NCBI GenBank assembly: GCA_001938485.1
Contig: MQRK01243815.1
Location: 27,616 to 78,401, forward strand
Length of the DNA stretch: 50,786 nt
From: Girardia tigrina
Lineage: Eukaryota
Reading direction: 5' to 3'
Shown here: in pieces, positions 11,321-24,806 of the stretch
Layout of the letters: every line of letters begins with the position of its first letter
Position numbering within the stretch: position 1 is the first letter of the stretch
Program-made: the position numbers and the translations under genes
The notes under the pieces: generated by a model
Told to the model about the DNA's origin: nothing
The model's input: the letters and a program-made list of their open reading frames with translations, nothing else
Database searches by the model: none

Positions 11321-11910
11321 TCAAAGGAGTAAGTGATTAATTTCAAAACATATTTTCAACTTTAAATGATTGAGATATGATTTTTAAACTTAAAAAAATA
11401 TTTTTTTACTTTAAGAACAGAGTTCTTTAGATGTTTGAATCCTTCAGAATATGGTAAACTCAATGTATAACCCAATATGAAAGAATTTTAAATCTTAAAT
11501 ACCATTCTCGACTTTATCATTTACTTTTTTATTCCCAAGTGAATTTACCGTCTCGTTAGACTGAGCAATCTTAATTTGTTCTCTTTCGATTATTTTTTCT
11601 TAAGTCTTACGAGGGAATTTCTCAATAAAAGACATAGAATACCCATTGTTATTCAACAATTTACTCAATGCTTCAATGCTTTCATTAGATTTAATAAAAG
11701 TAGAAGAAAGGTATCAAGATAAAATCTAATAAAAGTATCGTTTTCTATCTTTCCTATTTCTTCTTTACAAGTTATAATATAATTTTCTGAAATTATTTTT
11801 TCTTTCAAAACACTGCATATATAAAAATTACATATTTAAGTTTAAAAACTGTCATATATATTTAATATTAATGAATATTTTTTAAAGGATTTATTTTCAT
11901 TTTATTTTAG

Positions 11911-12035
11911 AACTGAACTTCTCATTCGTATACAATCGGCCCTTGGTTCGGATTATGTGATCTATGATCAGGTTGAAAATAAAAAAATATTTGTAGTTTT
12001 AGCTGGTTATCGGCGATTTATTTGGAATATTAAAA
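11911..12035 (+). CDS. INPP5E: INPP5E-like exon
   Basis: Bounded by ttttAG and GTATG. Translates TELLIRIQSALGSDYVIYDQVENKKIFVVLAGYRRFIWNIK; phases fit both neighbouring exons. Confidence 0.88.
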
Positions 12036-12121
12036 GTATGAAATATGATTTAACAAGAATATTATATTTACTAATTTTTTTAAACTTATCATTGATAAAT
12101 ACATCATAATGGATTTTTCAG

Positions 12122-12235
12122 TCATTGGAAAGAATATTCTTTCAACAAGAATAACAACCATAACAAAAGGTGTTGCAGCAATCAGTTTTTATTTATTTGG
12201 ATCTTCGTTTCTATTTCTGGGTTCCCATTTTAGCA
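12122..12235 (+). CDS. INPP5E: INPP5E-like exon
   Basis: Bounded by ttcAG and GTAAG. Translates IGKNILSTRITTITKGVAAISFYLFGSSFLFLGSHFS (TKG..ISF..FG.SFLF..SHF motif). Confidence 0.92.
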
Positions 12236-12879
12236 GTAAGGAATATTATATTTCTTTATGGTTTTTTAAAAATACTTAATAGTAAATTAAACGGAGATCG
12301 TACTAAGCCACCTCTAGAAGCTCTACGATTCCTAAAATCTTCATTTTAAAATATCATATATAAAACTACTCATTTTGAGTCTTGTGAACGCTAATCCGAT
12401 ATTATTGATAAGTATTTTAATGTTTTTTTCGATAAGTTTTATCAAACAAAATATTTTTATATTTTCTTAAATTATCATTATTATGATGGTGCCCGAGCCT
12501 ATTGGAACTAGGAACTGCTCCCGTCGCAACAACATTAATGCGTGATCTGATCTACTTTTCAGGGAAATATGTGCCTTGACGACATGTAATTGAGGTAAAA
12601 TAGAAGTATAGTTTGAATGATTTTTATTATGAAAGTGAAAAGATCCACACATTTCGTTTTGACGCTGTCTGACATTTGGCTATCTTATAGAACATGCTCC
12701 TTTTAAAGCAATTATTTCAACAAATTCTCTTTTTATATATTATTATATAGTACAGAAAAAATAGTTAATGGTTTTTGATATGATAAAAAATAAAAACACT
12801 ATTTTAAAAAGAAAAACGTAACGTCTCCAGTTACCGTTAGTGGAGAGTGAACAACCATTAACGTTTTTAAGGGTGGTGG

Positions 12880-14155
12880 TATTCTTTGGCATTTACGAGA
12901 CTACCGTTTGGAGTTAAAAACGGAGTGGCAGCCTTTTATAGAACTATGAGCCATATTGTGGCTGGCTTATCTATTGTAGTATGTTATTTTGACGACATGG
13001 TCGTCTGTGATAGATCACGTGAAGAGCACGACATTAACTTGAAAGCCTTTCTCATTAAAACAAAAGAGATCAATCTCACCCTGAATTTAGCCAAATGCTC
13101 ACTGATTCAGACCGGAAGCACGAAGTTTAATATATGCAAATTCATATATGAAGTTTCATGTACGCGAAACTTCATACACAGCAATTTAATGTATGAAAAA
13201 TCATACATTGGGAAATTTAATATACGAAAAATTATACACGGATATTCAAACAATTTATTAAAACATAACATATTTAGTTTAACATGAACTAAAAAACTAG
13301 CTATTTTTTGAATTTTTAATTAAATGATATGATTTTAATTAAATGATATTTAATTACAATTACACGTGTAATTTTTTTCCAACCGAGCGAAGATAATACA
13401 TAGTAGGTAAAGTTCCATATTCCTCCACGACATTATTTAAACGATGAGCACTGTCGCGATAAGATTTTTTCTGTGAATCCTGTTGACCCGCCATGTATTC
13501 TGAAATTCGGACCTCATTCAATGATTTTTCCAGTTTTAGATTGTCAATTAACTTCCAAATAGAGGGATGTTCGGCTCCAACCATAAAATGAAACCCACGA
13601 TACCAACCTTCAACATAATTGTGTGTCCTTGCAATGCCTTGAATGACTATGAAAGCAATTCCACGATTTTATTTCATTTTGAGGGTCACACCTTTGTCCA
13701 CGTCGATTAGCACCATTCCATGTGTCCTCAAAGTAATCGGTAATCATTTGTGAAAGAAGTCATAATCCGCAACGTTATCTGACCTACTGTAGTTCAAGTT
13801 TGTTTGTCCAAGTCAGGAAGAGTGGACACGTATCATCTAGGTATTTGTCAAGGAGCCCTCTTGAAACCCAGAATCCGGTTTTGTATGTAGAGAACAGCAC
13901 GGATGAAACCCAAATAGAGACCAGTGGAACAAAAGTATCAACTGAAGAAACCCATGTTGATGACCGACCGTATCGTGTGAAAAGAAGCCCTTGATATTTA
14001 AAGGACTGTGTGAGAGATTTAATCAGTGGAGGAGAATGTGGTGATTGTTTAAATAATTGAAGCATTTTGTGGCGAAATTACAAATCATCCTTGTATACAT
14101 TTTCTGTATATTAATAAATTGATAATCTGACTTTGGTATTTAAAGGGATATACGA
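12880..14155 (+). mobile_element. Ty3/gypsy relic (RT fragment, integrase tail, PPT and 3' LTR start)
   Basis: FTRLPFGVKNG...CYFDD..EEH..NL..LTLNLAKC. PPT GGAGGAGAA is followed by TGTGG at 14037. Confidence 0.75.
13111..13770 (-). mobile_element. MULE transposase C-terminal fragment with terminal subrepeats
   Basis: YFEDTW, RTHNYVEGWY..F and HPSIWKLID.LK. Short degenerate tandem repeats at about 13121-13240. Confidence 0.75.
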
Positions 14156-14256
14156 TATCTAGTTCAAGTAACTAGCATTCAGATTTGTTCGATAAAAATA
14201 TTATCTAATTATAAAACATTAACTAAAATATTTTGCATAATTTTTAAATTATTCAG

Positions 14257-14349
14257 GTGATATGGACAAAAATGATCTTCGATTAGAAGATTATAAATCA
14301 ATACTTTACTCTAAAGATCTTATTGAAAGTTTGACTATTCCTTCAATGA
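14257..14349 (+). CDS. INPP5E: INPP5E-like exon
   Basis: Bounded by ttcAG and GTAAGT. Translates DMDKNDLRLEDYKSILYSKDLIESLTIPSM (R..DY..I motif); phase 1-1. Confidence 0.85.
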
Positions 14350-14437
14350 GTAAGTTTTATCTGCAAGTTTTTTAACTAAAACATTTTATATAGTGTCTAA
14401 CCTAAAATTCTTGAAATTCTCACACATTATTTTAGTA

Positions 14438-14940
14438 TTTATATTAGAAAAGCCCAAGTCACTCACTGCCTGCCTGCTTCACTAACGCTGACGTAATTGT
14501 TGACGTAATAATAGTATTATTTGTTGAAAAATAAATGTGAAAAAATATCAATTTATTATGAAAAATTCTGTATTTAATGTGAAAAAATATCAATTTATTA
14601 TGAAAAATTCTGNNNNNNNNNNNNNNNNNNNNNNNNNNNNNNNNNNNNNNNNNNNNNNNNNNNNNNNNNNNNNNNNNNNNNNNNNNNNNNNNNNNNNNNN
14701 NNNNNNNNNNNNNNNNNNNNNNNNNNNNNNNNNNNNNNNNNNNNNNNNNNNNNNNNNNNNNNNNNNNNNNNNNNNNNNNNNNAATATCAATTTATTATGA
14801 AAAATTCTGTTATTATTTCAAAAATTTACCTTACAGCATTAGTGAGGCAGTGAGGCAGGCAGTGAGTGACTTGGGCTTTTATAATATAAAAAATTGAACC
14901 CACGGCAAGAGAGGGCCGCGAAGCGGGCCGAGCGCGCTAG
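14438..14940 (+). mobile_element. Helitron-like non-autonomous element with an inverted duplicated head and an internal 42-bp tandem repeat
   Basis: About 50-bp inverted repeats (14438-14490 and 14834-14890). A 42-bp unit spans the N gap. 3' hairpin CCGC-GAA-GCGG, then CTAG|T. Confidence 0.6.
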
Positions 14941-14975
14941 TATATATATATATATATATATATATAGCGATCTTA

Positions 14976-16674
14976 GATATATATCAAAATAGCGACTTCA
15001 AAATAGCGATTTTTTTAATTTAAATATTCAAAATATAAAAAAAGTATTCTGCAACAAAGTATTTTAAAATTAAAGTTTTTATTTAAAATGAATATTAGTT
15101 ATAAGTGTTATAAATTTAAATATTTTACCTCAAAAACAATAATTTTAAAAATGTATTTTGCAAATTTAAATATATTTGAGTTCCTATTAATATGGAATTT
15201 CTTAAATCGAGAAAGGAGGAGAATTGATAAATTTTGAAGGATTCTTATATAGAAGAGACAAAATTCAATCAAGGGCAGTTAATTGGAGATGCATAAACAT
15301 GGGATGTAAGGGTCGCCTAATTACATATCTTCAATTTCGAGAACAGCTAGAACCACCGGTAAGTACTGATACCCATACACACCCTCCAAATCCAATGGAA
15401 GTGGGAGTTCGAAAAATAGAAAATTTTATTAAAATTACTGCTATTACAACGCGGAATCCACCTCGAAGAATTGTACAGGATGCATTGGCCGGAGTTAATC
15501 AGGAAATTTCATCAGCTTTAAGTTCTTTGGCGAATCTTCGTCTGATCATTCGACGGAAGAGAAAAGCTAACTTATATTATCCTTCAGCCCCTACCAGTCT
15601 CAGAGAATTAATGATTCCTCTAAATTTGAAACTTACTAGTAATCAACGACCATTTTTATTATATGATAGTGGTCAATGTGATGATAACAGGATTATTATT
15701 TTCAGTACTAATCAATTTCTTAAATAGTTGCATGAATATGAGTACTGGATGTGTGATGGAACATTCAAAGTATCCCCAAGATTATTTTATCAAGTTTTCA
15801 CAATACATGTTTTAATAAGAAACAATTTATTACCCTTTGTATTTGTTCTACTTCCAAATAAGCAACAATCAACCTATCGTGAAATGTGGAGACAAATCAA
15901 ATTTTTAAGGCCCGAACTATCTCCTAGAAGTATTCAAATAGATTTTGAAATAGCTTCTAAAAATTCCATAACAGAAGAAATTCCAGAAACACAAACTTAT
16001 GGCTGTTACTTTTATTTAGGACAATCGCTTTGGAGAAAAATCCAGGATGAAGGATTAAAAATGTCATATGTGCAGAACGAAAATATCCGCAAAGCAATAA
16101 AGATGCTCCCTTGCATTAGCTTTTATTCCAATAAATGAGGTAAATGATGCTTTTGACGAACTTGTTGCAGATTATCCACCACAACTAGTACCTTTAATAA
16201 ATTATTTTGAAGATAATTATATAGGTAGAAGAAATAGAAGAGGGGTGCGAAAAATCCCACTATTCCTTATAGAAATGTGGAATGCACGTACAAGACAAGA
16301 ATTGGGACTTCCTCGCACAAACAACCAGCTTGAAAGCTGGCATAATGCCTTCCAAGGGTTAATAGAAATGTTGCACCCTTCCATTTATAGATTTATTGAG
16401 GCGTTGCAACGAGAAGAATCTCTTCAACAAGTAAATTACATCCAAATTTTACAAGGCAGAGATTTAGTTCAAAAATGAAAAAAAATATGGAGCCATGAAT
16501 ACAAGAATTACTGTAGTACAAAAAAATCAAAATCAATACAATTTACTAGAGTTCTTACAAGCCATTGCATATAACTTGCAAATAAATGTTTCTTAATTGT
16601 TTAGCTTTTTATTTATAATTGCATTTTTATAATTATCGCTATTTTGAATGTGTCGCTATTTTTACATATATATT
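14976..16674 (+). mobile_element. MULE (FLYWCH plus MULE transposase), pseudogenised
   Basis: Inverted termini built from AAAATAGCGA repeats. Motifs FLYRRDK..WRC...CKGRL...HTH, WMCDGTFK, IDFE, GCYFY, WRKIQ..GL and PRTNNQLESWHN, with stops and frameshifts. Confidence 0.9.
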
Positions 16675-16989
16675 TGAAAAGTAAATGAGTTTAAACATTA
16701 CGACCTCTTCCGTGTAATGAAATAGTGTCATTACTACATATTATTTACATAGTTTAAAACTAAAACATGCTTTAAAAATATTTTAATGTTATTTTAAATA
16801 CTTATATATAATTGAATGAATCCCTTAACACGTTTAAACATTGATTATGATGCTTTAATATAAATATTACGGCAATATTCCTTTCATAATTTGTGTCGAA
16901 ATTATATAAAATGACTTTTAAATCTTAATTATGTTCATTGATGAGTATTGAGTATCATGATCATTTCAGGCGTTCCAATATGATCATAT

Positions 16990-17075
16990 TTTTTTAATTA
17001 AAACTTTTTTGGCAAAGTAGAGTTCTGTCTGCATAAAGAATGGATAAAAAATTTAATTTTTTGATTTACTAGTTA
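16990..17075 (+). repeat. Dispersed repeat with a second copy at about 36385-36470
   Basis: GGCAAAGTAGA(G/A)TTCTGTCTGCATAAAGAATGGATA...TACTAGTT is shared by both copies. Confidence 0.75.
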
Positions 17076-17126
17076 TTTGATTATTTTGTTTATTTTTCTT
17101 TTTAATTTAATTATATATTTTTTTAG

Positions 17127-17318
17127 AACTAGGATACGATGAAAATAATATTTCACATTATTTTGATTATACCATATGGGCTGGTGACCTAAATTTTCGA
17201 ATAAATCTTGAAGATTCTAAAGTGAGAAATATGATCAACAAAGAAAAGTCGTATTACAACGGTGCAAGTATTGAAAACCTACTAGAAAATGATGAACTAT
17301 TAGATGGCCAGATTAATG
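17127..17318 (+). CDS. INPP5E: INPP5E-like exon with first catalytic motif
   Basis: Bounded by ttttAG and GT. Translates LGYDENNISHYFDYTIWAGDLNFRINLEDSKV...LLENDELLDGQIN; contains the 5-phosphatase signature GDLNFR. Confidence 0.93.
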
Positions 17319-17431
17319 GTTGCTATTTTTAATTTTGAGAATAAAAATAATTATAACTATTACAATTTTTTATATACAGACGAAATTGGGTACAATGAAT
17401 AAATTCGTGGATTTAAAAAATCTTTTATTTA

Positions 17432-17855
17432 GGGCTCGTTCGTAAAATACATAACGCGAAAATTTAGATTTTTAGACCCCCCTCCCCCCTTGTCACAAAG
17501 TGTTACACTTACATAAAACCCCCTCTATGTGTCACGTCACAAATCACAAAAACAAAAAATATACAAACTACAATATTCTATTTATTTCTCATAAATTTTT
17601 CCCAAATTTGAGCTAAAATTGTAAAAATTGGTATATTTTCCTGTAATTCATATTCTTTGGGCATTGACAAATCCATAATTTCTAATGTTAAATTAAGCAT
17701 TATATTATTTATTGTTTTTTGAAAAAAGATTTCAATAATAATCATTTTTTGTGACGTAACAAATTTTTAGATCCCCTCTTCCCCCTTGTCATAAAGTGTC
17801 ACACTTTCACAGATCCACCCTCCCCCTATGTGTTATGTATTTTACGGACGAGCCC
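17432..17855. mobile_element. PIF/Harbinger-type MITE
   Basis: TIR GGGCTCGT(T/C)CGTAAAATACATAAC with a 3-bp TTA TSD on both sides. Confidence 0.85.
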
Positions 17856-18539
17856 TTAGCATAGAATTTTTTTTTAAAAAATAGTATTTTTAAAATACTA
17901 TAAATTCAGAAAATTAATATATTTTAATTAAATTTTAAACTTTTCTTTTCTAGTTGAGCACCATATCCTAAAAATTGTTATTCAATTTATTTTCTCGTTA
18001 TATATTTTTATATTTTCCTGATATTAAATAATTATAGTTAATACTTTTATTTCAAATTTTTCATGAACAATCTCTTTTCGCGTCATTTTCGGAATGGATT
18101 CATTAACTTCTTTATCTCTAAAAATATTTACTCTCAAACCAGACATCATATACCTTGTTAAATGCCTAACGTGTTATAAATTGACTATTTAAATTACTAC
18201 ATAATTGGTATCCCGTTTATTTGTGAAAATTCTTTTCTTAATAGACTTTGAGAGAAATTTTAGACATTGAGAGAAACTATACTATTTTCTATTTAATTTC
18301 GCACTAATGAAAATCAATTTCACAAAAATGAAAATCGATTTAAAAAAGCTGAAAATAGACAGGGAATTTGTTGAATCTTATTTTTTGTACTTTTAATCAA
18401 TTATCATAAATATATTGTCAGAAAATGCATCAAACAATTGCAAATTTCAATAATTATATTATAATAAAAATGAGAAAAAATGTTGTATTTTTATGCCAAA
18501 ATATTATAACAGATTGTTAAAATGTTAAAATTCAAAGAT

Positions 18540-19480
18540 ATGAGGTTGTTAAAACACCACCAAATATTTTCATTGAACATTGGTTCACAATGATTCAAAA
18601 AATGAATTAGTTTTTGCAGAGTTAAAATAATTTTTGCTTCCAAAAAGATTTTCTGCAGAACTTGCATTCTATATTCAGCAAAAGTTAGACCCCCGCCTTT
18701 TCTGAAATAATTTTAAATGTTCGGCATTTCACTCCTCAAACTATCTTTTACGGTGGTTTTGAATGAGCTCCACTCCAGTTCAATAGGGTTTATTAAGTAA
18801 GAATATGGAGCCAGACGAAGTAGCTGAACATCTTCATAATTTTCAATTACCTTTTCAAAACCGGCACGAATGGCAGCATTGTCGGTCACAAAAGTTGCGA
18901 ACTTGATACCAGTATCAATGCAGAGCTCTATGAGTTGTCGAAGTCACTGCTGACAATATTCTTCCTTGAAGGACCCTCATCGACACTGGAAATTAATCAA
19001 CTAGTTGAATGACATGGCTGCAATACAATGCAAGTTACTTCTGTTGTAATTTTCAAATGTCCTTGTTTAGGGCGAAAAAATAAGTTAAAATTTGATTTAT
19101 CGATCCAAATAATTGTCCTATTTTGTGATTGATTAGTCAATAGTGAGGTAATATTTTGAGAACGCTTCGTTTTGTTTTCTTCGAAGTTCATGCTAGCAAC
19201 TACAGGTCAAACATCCATAACGGAAACTAACAGTCTAACCAGTTTTAAGAGTGTTAATGCACACTCAAATATCGAATTCCTCTGCGAGACGATCTACACA
19301 CCGTTTTAAAGTTATTTGACAATCTTCCTCAATCTGCTTTATCAGACTTTCGACAACTTATTGTGTCTTTTTAGTTTTTCTGTATTCTTTTGAAAGTCGC
19401 TTGTTTCATTTGTTCCAATTCTAGTCGCCAGCTGTTCTTGTATTCATTTAATAGAGGTTACAGACTGAATTCTAATAACT
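18540..19480 (-). mobile_element. Degenerate Tc1/IS630-like transposase
   Basis: Motifs WIDKSNFNL and VTDNAA...LRLAPYSYLINPIELEWS. Confidence 0.75.
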
Positions 19481-19527
19481 TCCATTCTCATAGATTTCTA
19501 AAACTTTTTGGTGGCCACTTGTGTCAT

Positions 19528-19700
19528 TTTACCACGTTTTTCTTAGCTTGGTTTCTTGTCTGTCTGTCTGTTTGTCTGTCCGGAACAAATCTTGCGATTG
19601 ATTTTTCGACCACTTTCAGTCATCCAATTGAGCTGAATTTTTTTATACAGGCTTGCTTCCGATGACAATACAATATTTTAAAACATTTACTTTACGGATG
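19528..19700 (+). mobile_element. Helitron/Helentron-like non-autonomous head
   Basis: (GTCT)n microsatellite followed by CCAATTGAGCTGAATTTTT, a DINE/HINE-like layout. Runs into the N gap. Confidence 0.45.
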
Positions 19701-20771
19701 NNNNNNNNNNNNNNNNNNNNNNNNNNNNNNNNNNNNNNNNNNNNNNNNNNNNNNNNNNNNNNNNNNNNNNNNNNNNNNNNNNNNNNNNNNNNNNNNNNNN
19801 NNNNNNNNNNNNNNNNNNNNNNNNNNNNNNNNNNNNNNNNNNNNNNNNNNNNNNNNNNNNNNNNNNNNNNNNNNNNNNNNNNNNNNNNNNNNNNNNNNNN
19901 NNNNNNNNNNNNNNNNNNNNNNNNNNNNNNNNNNNNNNNNNNNNNNNNNNNNNNNNNNNNNNNNNNNNNNNNNNNNNNNNNNNNNNNNNNNNNNNNNNNN
20001 NNNNNNNNNNNNNNNNNNNNNNNNNNNNNNNNNNNNNNNNNNNNNNNNNNNNNNNNNNNNNNNNNNNNNNNNNNNNNNNNNNNNNNNNNNNNNNNNNNNN
20101 NNNNNNNGGTTAGGTATAAAATTTCGCACATGTCTAGAAAAAAATTATTTTTCTCTTTTTAGTGCATTGGTAATGCTTGAAAAACGTGGTTGTTTTTATA
20201 AAAAAAATTTTTTTATTAATAATATTTTTATTATATTTTCCGATTTGCATGATGATTGTTTTTTTTTATATGTTGATTAAATAAAACAAAAACATAATGA
20301 ATGTTATTTTTAATATTAACTGCATCAAATTCAAGAACTATTTATATTTGATATTTATTTTCATTTATGTTTTTATATATATATTTTTGTGAAATTGAAT
20401 TGTAAAAGGTATAGTTTTTTGAATCTGTAGTGCCCGCATTTACCGCTAAAACTTCCCTCCACACCTAAAATTATTATAATTTTCATAATGTAATTTTTAA
20501 TTATTTAATGTTTTCTTTTTTAATCATTTTAAAACTATTATTAAAACTGTTAAAATAAAAAAAAAATTTGTGATCCGTGTAAACAGAATTAAAATTTTAA
20601 AAAGTGTATTAAAAATGAATGGTAAAATTTAAACAGAAAAAATTCTTTTAATCTTTTATTTTAACCAAATTCATGTATTTAGAATTTTTCATAAAACATT
20701 TTTCTAAAATTAATAAACAGGACAGAACAATCATTATATTCAGATTTTTTACAACTTTACTCGACTATTTA

Positions 20772-21945
20772 CAGGGGTTTGATACAGTAATCAAAACACC
20801 GTGAAAAATCAATAAAGTATATTTTAATTTGGTGTATGTCCATTTTTTGTGGTAATTATAGGCGCAATTCTCAGAGATACTGATTCATATAAACTGTTAA
20901 TTATTTTCAAAGGAATTGCAGTCAATGTGTCATATAAAATACCCTCCAGTTATTTTAGAGACGGTGGCAGCGGGAATCAACTGAATATTCGAATTTCTAA
21001 AATTAACTATAAAGGCTCAATGTTTATGTCTGGAAACTGTAGTGTCTTGATGAGATGTTTAACTTCATTAAAATGTTCCTCATACCATTCATTAACAATT
21101 CTAGTTGTACGGGTTGATATATTATTATCTTTAAAGATGGCGTTCCTCCTGAAAATAGTTCTTGAATCATAGGATAAACTTGGTCACCGAAAATTCCCAA
21201 ATAGTCTTTGGTGTTAATTTTTCCTTGCAGAAAAATCATTGGCCAGGTGCATTTTCAAGAGATAGCACCCAAGTCATCATAAAATCTCCGGCGTGTTTTA
21301 GAGTGGGGAAAAGGCACTCTAGATGAAATGCTTATTTCAACTGTCTCCAAACATACATTCGGCTGGAGATCGGAAATAGGGTAAACTGTTATTCGTCATG
21401 AAAAATCTCATTTCTCCAACATTCGACGGACAAATTCTACTCTAAATTCTTTGAAACAGTTGTCTTTGATAGCATAGGTTTTCTTAGTTCAGCTCTTATG
21501 TCGAATCTTGATTTTTGCAGCTCCCGGTGAACAGTTTTTGTGGAAACTGGGTTCCATAAGTGTTCATTGAGCTGAGTAGTAGATTTTAGAAGCTGTGGTA
21601 TTGCGATCCTCTTTAAGAATTTGATTTAGAGTTCGTCGATATCTCTCAGACAACTTAGACTTTCGGTCGGACTTAGGCTTTGCTATGAATGCTTTTCTTT
21701 CTCTTTCTTTCGCCCTTTCAGACATATACAACATTTTAGCCTCACTGAAAGTACGAGTGGTCTTACTTCCTTCTGAAGTTCTAATCATTTTTAATTTCTA
21801 AAAAATAGTTATTTTAAATAAACGTGAAATAAAAAAGGATTAAACTAAAAAATAAAATATATCAAGTTTTGATTGTTTATTATATTTTTTAAAGATTATA
21901 ATGCTGAAATTTTAGATATTCCAGTCATTTTGTCCAATTTTTGTG
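20772..21945 (-). mobile_element. Degenerate Tc1 transposon
   Basis: TA-CAGGGGTT...AAACACC TIR at one end and a degenerate partner near 21915-21945. Transposase remnants RRTLNQILKEDRNTTASKI and GKINTKDYLGIFGDQVYPM. Confidence 0.75.
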
Positions 21946-22499
21946 TTAGAATCAGTCACCTAATTCACAAAAATTGCAATTTTAGCCGATTTTGATTTCA
22001 GATTTTTGATTTAAATTTGAAGTCTGATAAGATTTGCGATTTTTTATTTAGATAAAACTTTTCTTTGTTTTCTATACCATAAATGCTTTGAATACCAGAA
22101 AATCAGACCATGGTAGAACAGTAAATAAACCAGAACATGGTGGCCAACCTAATCACAGGTGGCGTCCATGTAAACATACAAATAATAAATCAGAGCACCC
22201 TTTGAACACGTGGTCAGAGCTTATCTGTACTACTGAAAGCAATATTAAATAGAGTGAAAGGAAAAAGATGAATTGATGTTTTTTTAGATTCTCAGCAATG
22301 AGCCTTTACAGAAATAACACTAATAAACGATATTTGAAAGAAGAAAAAGTAAAAAAAAGCATTTATATGGTTTCAAACATGTTAAAAAGTGAAATTTAGT
22401 GAAATTCGATAGAAAAATGGTTGTGTTAGTCCGTGATCCGAAAAATGCACACACCGAATTAATAATAAAAAATTTCAAAAACATTTATTACATTTATAT

Positions 22500-23144
22500 T
22501 GTTGGGGTTTCGAAAAATATAAATTTAATTTTTAAATCTAATAAAAAAATTTTAAAATAAATCGCTGGTTAAAATTCATAATTTTTTGATTATTATAATA
22601 GTATTTTAATAAAATTTATAAATATTTGTAAATATTTTGAGAATTGTTTTAGTTATTCAATTTTCAAGGTTAGGAAAAATTAGTATATAAGCAATAGTTA
22701 TTTCAGTTACAAGACACACAAATTATTACTCAAAGAAGATTTAAACCTGAATGTACGGAAAATTAGATTTTTGTTAATATTAAGAAATATTTAAGTATCC
22801 TGTAAAGGAGAAAGGTTAAGTTTATAAAATAAATTGTAACATTACGAAAATATCAGTATCCTATAAAGGAGAAGTTAAGTTTTAAATAAAATATTTTAGC
22901 ATCGCTCGAACTAAAAAGTTGTTGTAACTGTTTAATCGAAGTTTGATCTTTGAATTGAAGTGTACTGAAAAAGTTGAATTTATATTTGTACTTCAATTGT
23001 TGTTAGCAGAATAAATTATTATTAAAAGGTCTTGTTCATTCTTCATATATTATTGTTGGAAGAAACCTTTTGTTCATTTGGAGTCAGATTAGTAGTTGAT
23101 TATAAATTAAAAAATAAAAAGAGATTTTAACTGTATACCCAACA
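22500..23144 (+). mobile_element. Gypsy-type solo LTR
   Basis: TGTTGGG...CCCAACA termini with 4-bp TSD ATAT, plus TATA-like and AATAAA motifs. Related to the LTR at 42891-46746. Confidence 0.8.
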
Positions 23145-23292
23145 ATATTTCAAAAATATTTTTAGTATTAACGAAAACATTTATTCAATCTCCTTTTAGT
23201 GCATTTGTCGGGGTACCGTGCTTGTCTCTGATTTCATATTGTGATCTATAACAATTTGTCAAAATACAAGTGTTAACATATTTAAGCAAATA

Positions 23293-24800
23293 AAGTCGTG
23301 TGCAAAAGTCTGAATTTCACCTGTATTTTTTGTCTATATATCTAATATTTCATCCATACTGTTAATTTCTTATGTATAAAAGTGACTTTAGTGACATGAA
23401 AGTATATGTCTGAATAATAATATTATTTGATTATTCAAATTTTGACATTCTATCTAGTTTAACATCATGGAATTAAGAAAAGAAATAAGCAAATAATATC
23501 CTTTTTAAGAAGGTAGGACTTACATATTGTCAAATTGTAGCTCGATTGGATGTTAGTCTCGGTGCTGTACAACGGGCTTTTGTCCGTCAATCAATCACGC
23601 ATAAAAACGTCTAAAAGAACGGATCGTAGAATAAGCAAAGTAGTGATCGCGAATCCAAATGCTAGCAATACATTTATTCAGGCGCAGCTGCTACCCCATG
23701 TTCAAATTGACATTTCCACAATAAGACGTCGTCTCACAAGAGACTTTTGACTGTCTGCATACCGTCTAACGAAACCGAAAAACATTCGTGACTGCTTTGT
23801 ATTCTGTCGGGCCCCAGACATTGGAAAAAAAATTTTCAGTGACAAGACTGTCATCCGTCAATTAACATAACATGCTGCTTGCGTGCGACAGCCATTAAAT
23901 CAAAGTTTCATTACATGATATGGTCGTTCACCGGTCAAACAATCACCGTTAGTTTTGCTTTTGGGAGAAATTACTTGCTAGGTTGTACTCATCTTCATAT
24001 ACAGAGTAGCTAAAAGAAAACCAAAGGATTTTATGAAACCCAAGTGTATTTAGTTAAACAGGTGATAAAGGCAAATAATTATATTTACAAAAATAAGCTT
24101 GGTGTTCAGATGTGTTCCAAATGTCCTCCGTCATTGGTGCAAATAAAATAAATCATTTGGTTTTATTTATGTAAATATTAATTTGTTTGCATTTATCATG
24201 TGTTTATTTAAATACACTTTGGTTTTCTACTGTACACCCTGTAGTATCAGACAGGTAAACACTAGATGCCTAAAGATACATAAATGTTCTGAAGAATCAG
24301 TTGCTGTAATATATAAAAACTCGTTAATGTAACATATTTCAACATGATGGTACATTGTGTCACCAAGCAAAATCAACCAAAGATTGTTTTGTTTTGATGC
24401 TTTTCTTTAGAAGAAAAATATAAATGTGCTCTATCCTGGGCCTCGTTTCTCTCCAGATATAAATGCGGTAGAGCATTGCTGGGTAATATTGAAGAGGAGA
24501 GTTACTAAAATGAATCCTACGTCTGTAGAAGAATTCGTTGCGAAGATTGTGAGTATTTGGTGCCATGAGATAACTCAGAAATATTGTCGTTAATCGATTT
24601 TTTCTATACCTTGTAGAATAGTTACTTGGATCGAAGCTAAAGGATCGTATTGAATATTAAATACTGTGATAGTTTTAATAATGCATATTTTTTGATGTTT
24701 ATCTTTTATAAGATATATTTTTGTTGTTAACTGTTTAAGTTTTTTTAAGGTGCCTAAATGAAAAAAAATACAGATGCATTCAGACTTGTGCACACGACTG
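23293..24800 (+). mobile_element. Degenerate Tc1 transposon
   Basis: TIR (A/C)AGTCGTGTGCA(A/C)AAGTCTGAAT with TA TSD. Remnants RKTS.RTDRRI, STIRRRL and SPDINAVE. Confidence 0.85.
24002..24241. mobile_element. Tc1/mariner-type MITE nested in the Tc1
   Basis: TA-CAG(A/G)GT...ACCCTG-TA ends with long imperfect inverted arms. Confidence 0.7.
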
Positions 24801-24806
24801 TATATA

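Noticed and set aside
14537-20162. ORFs spanning the N gaps at 14613-14782 and 19701-20107
   Set aside because: Artefacts of translating N runs.
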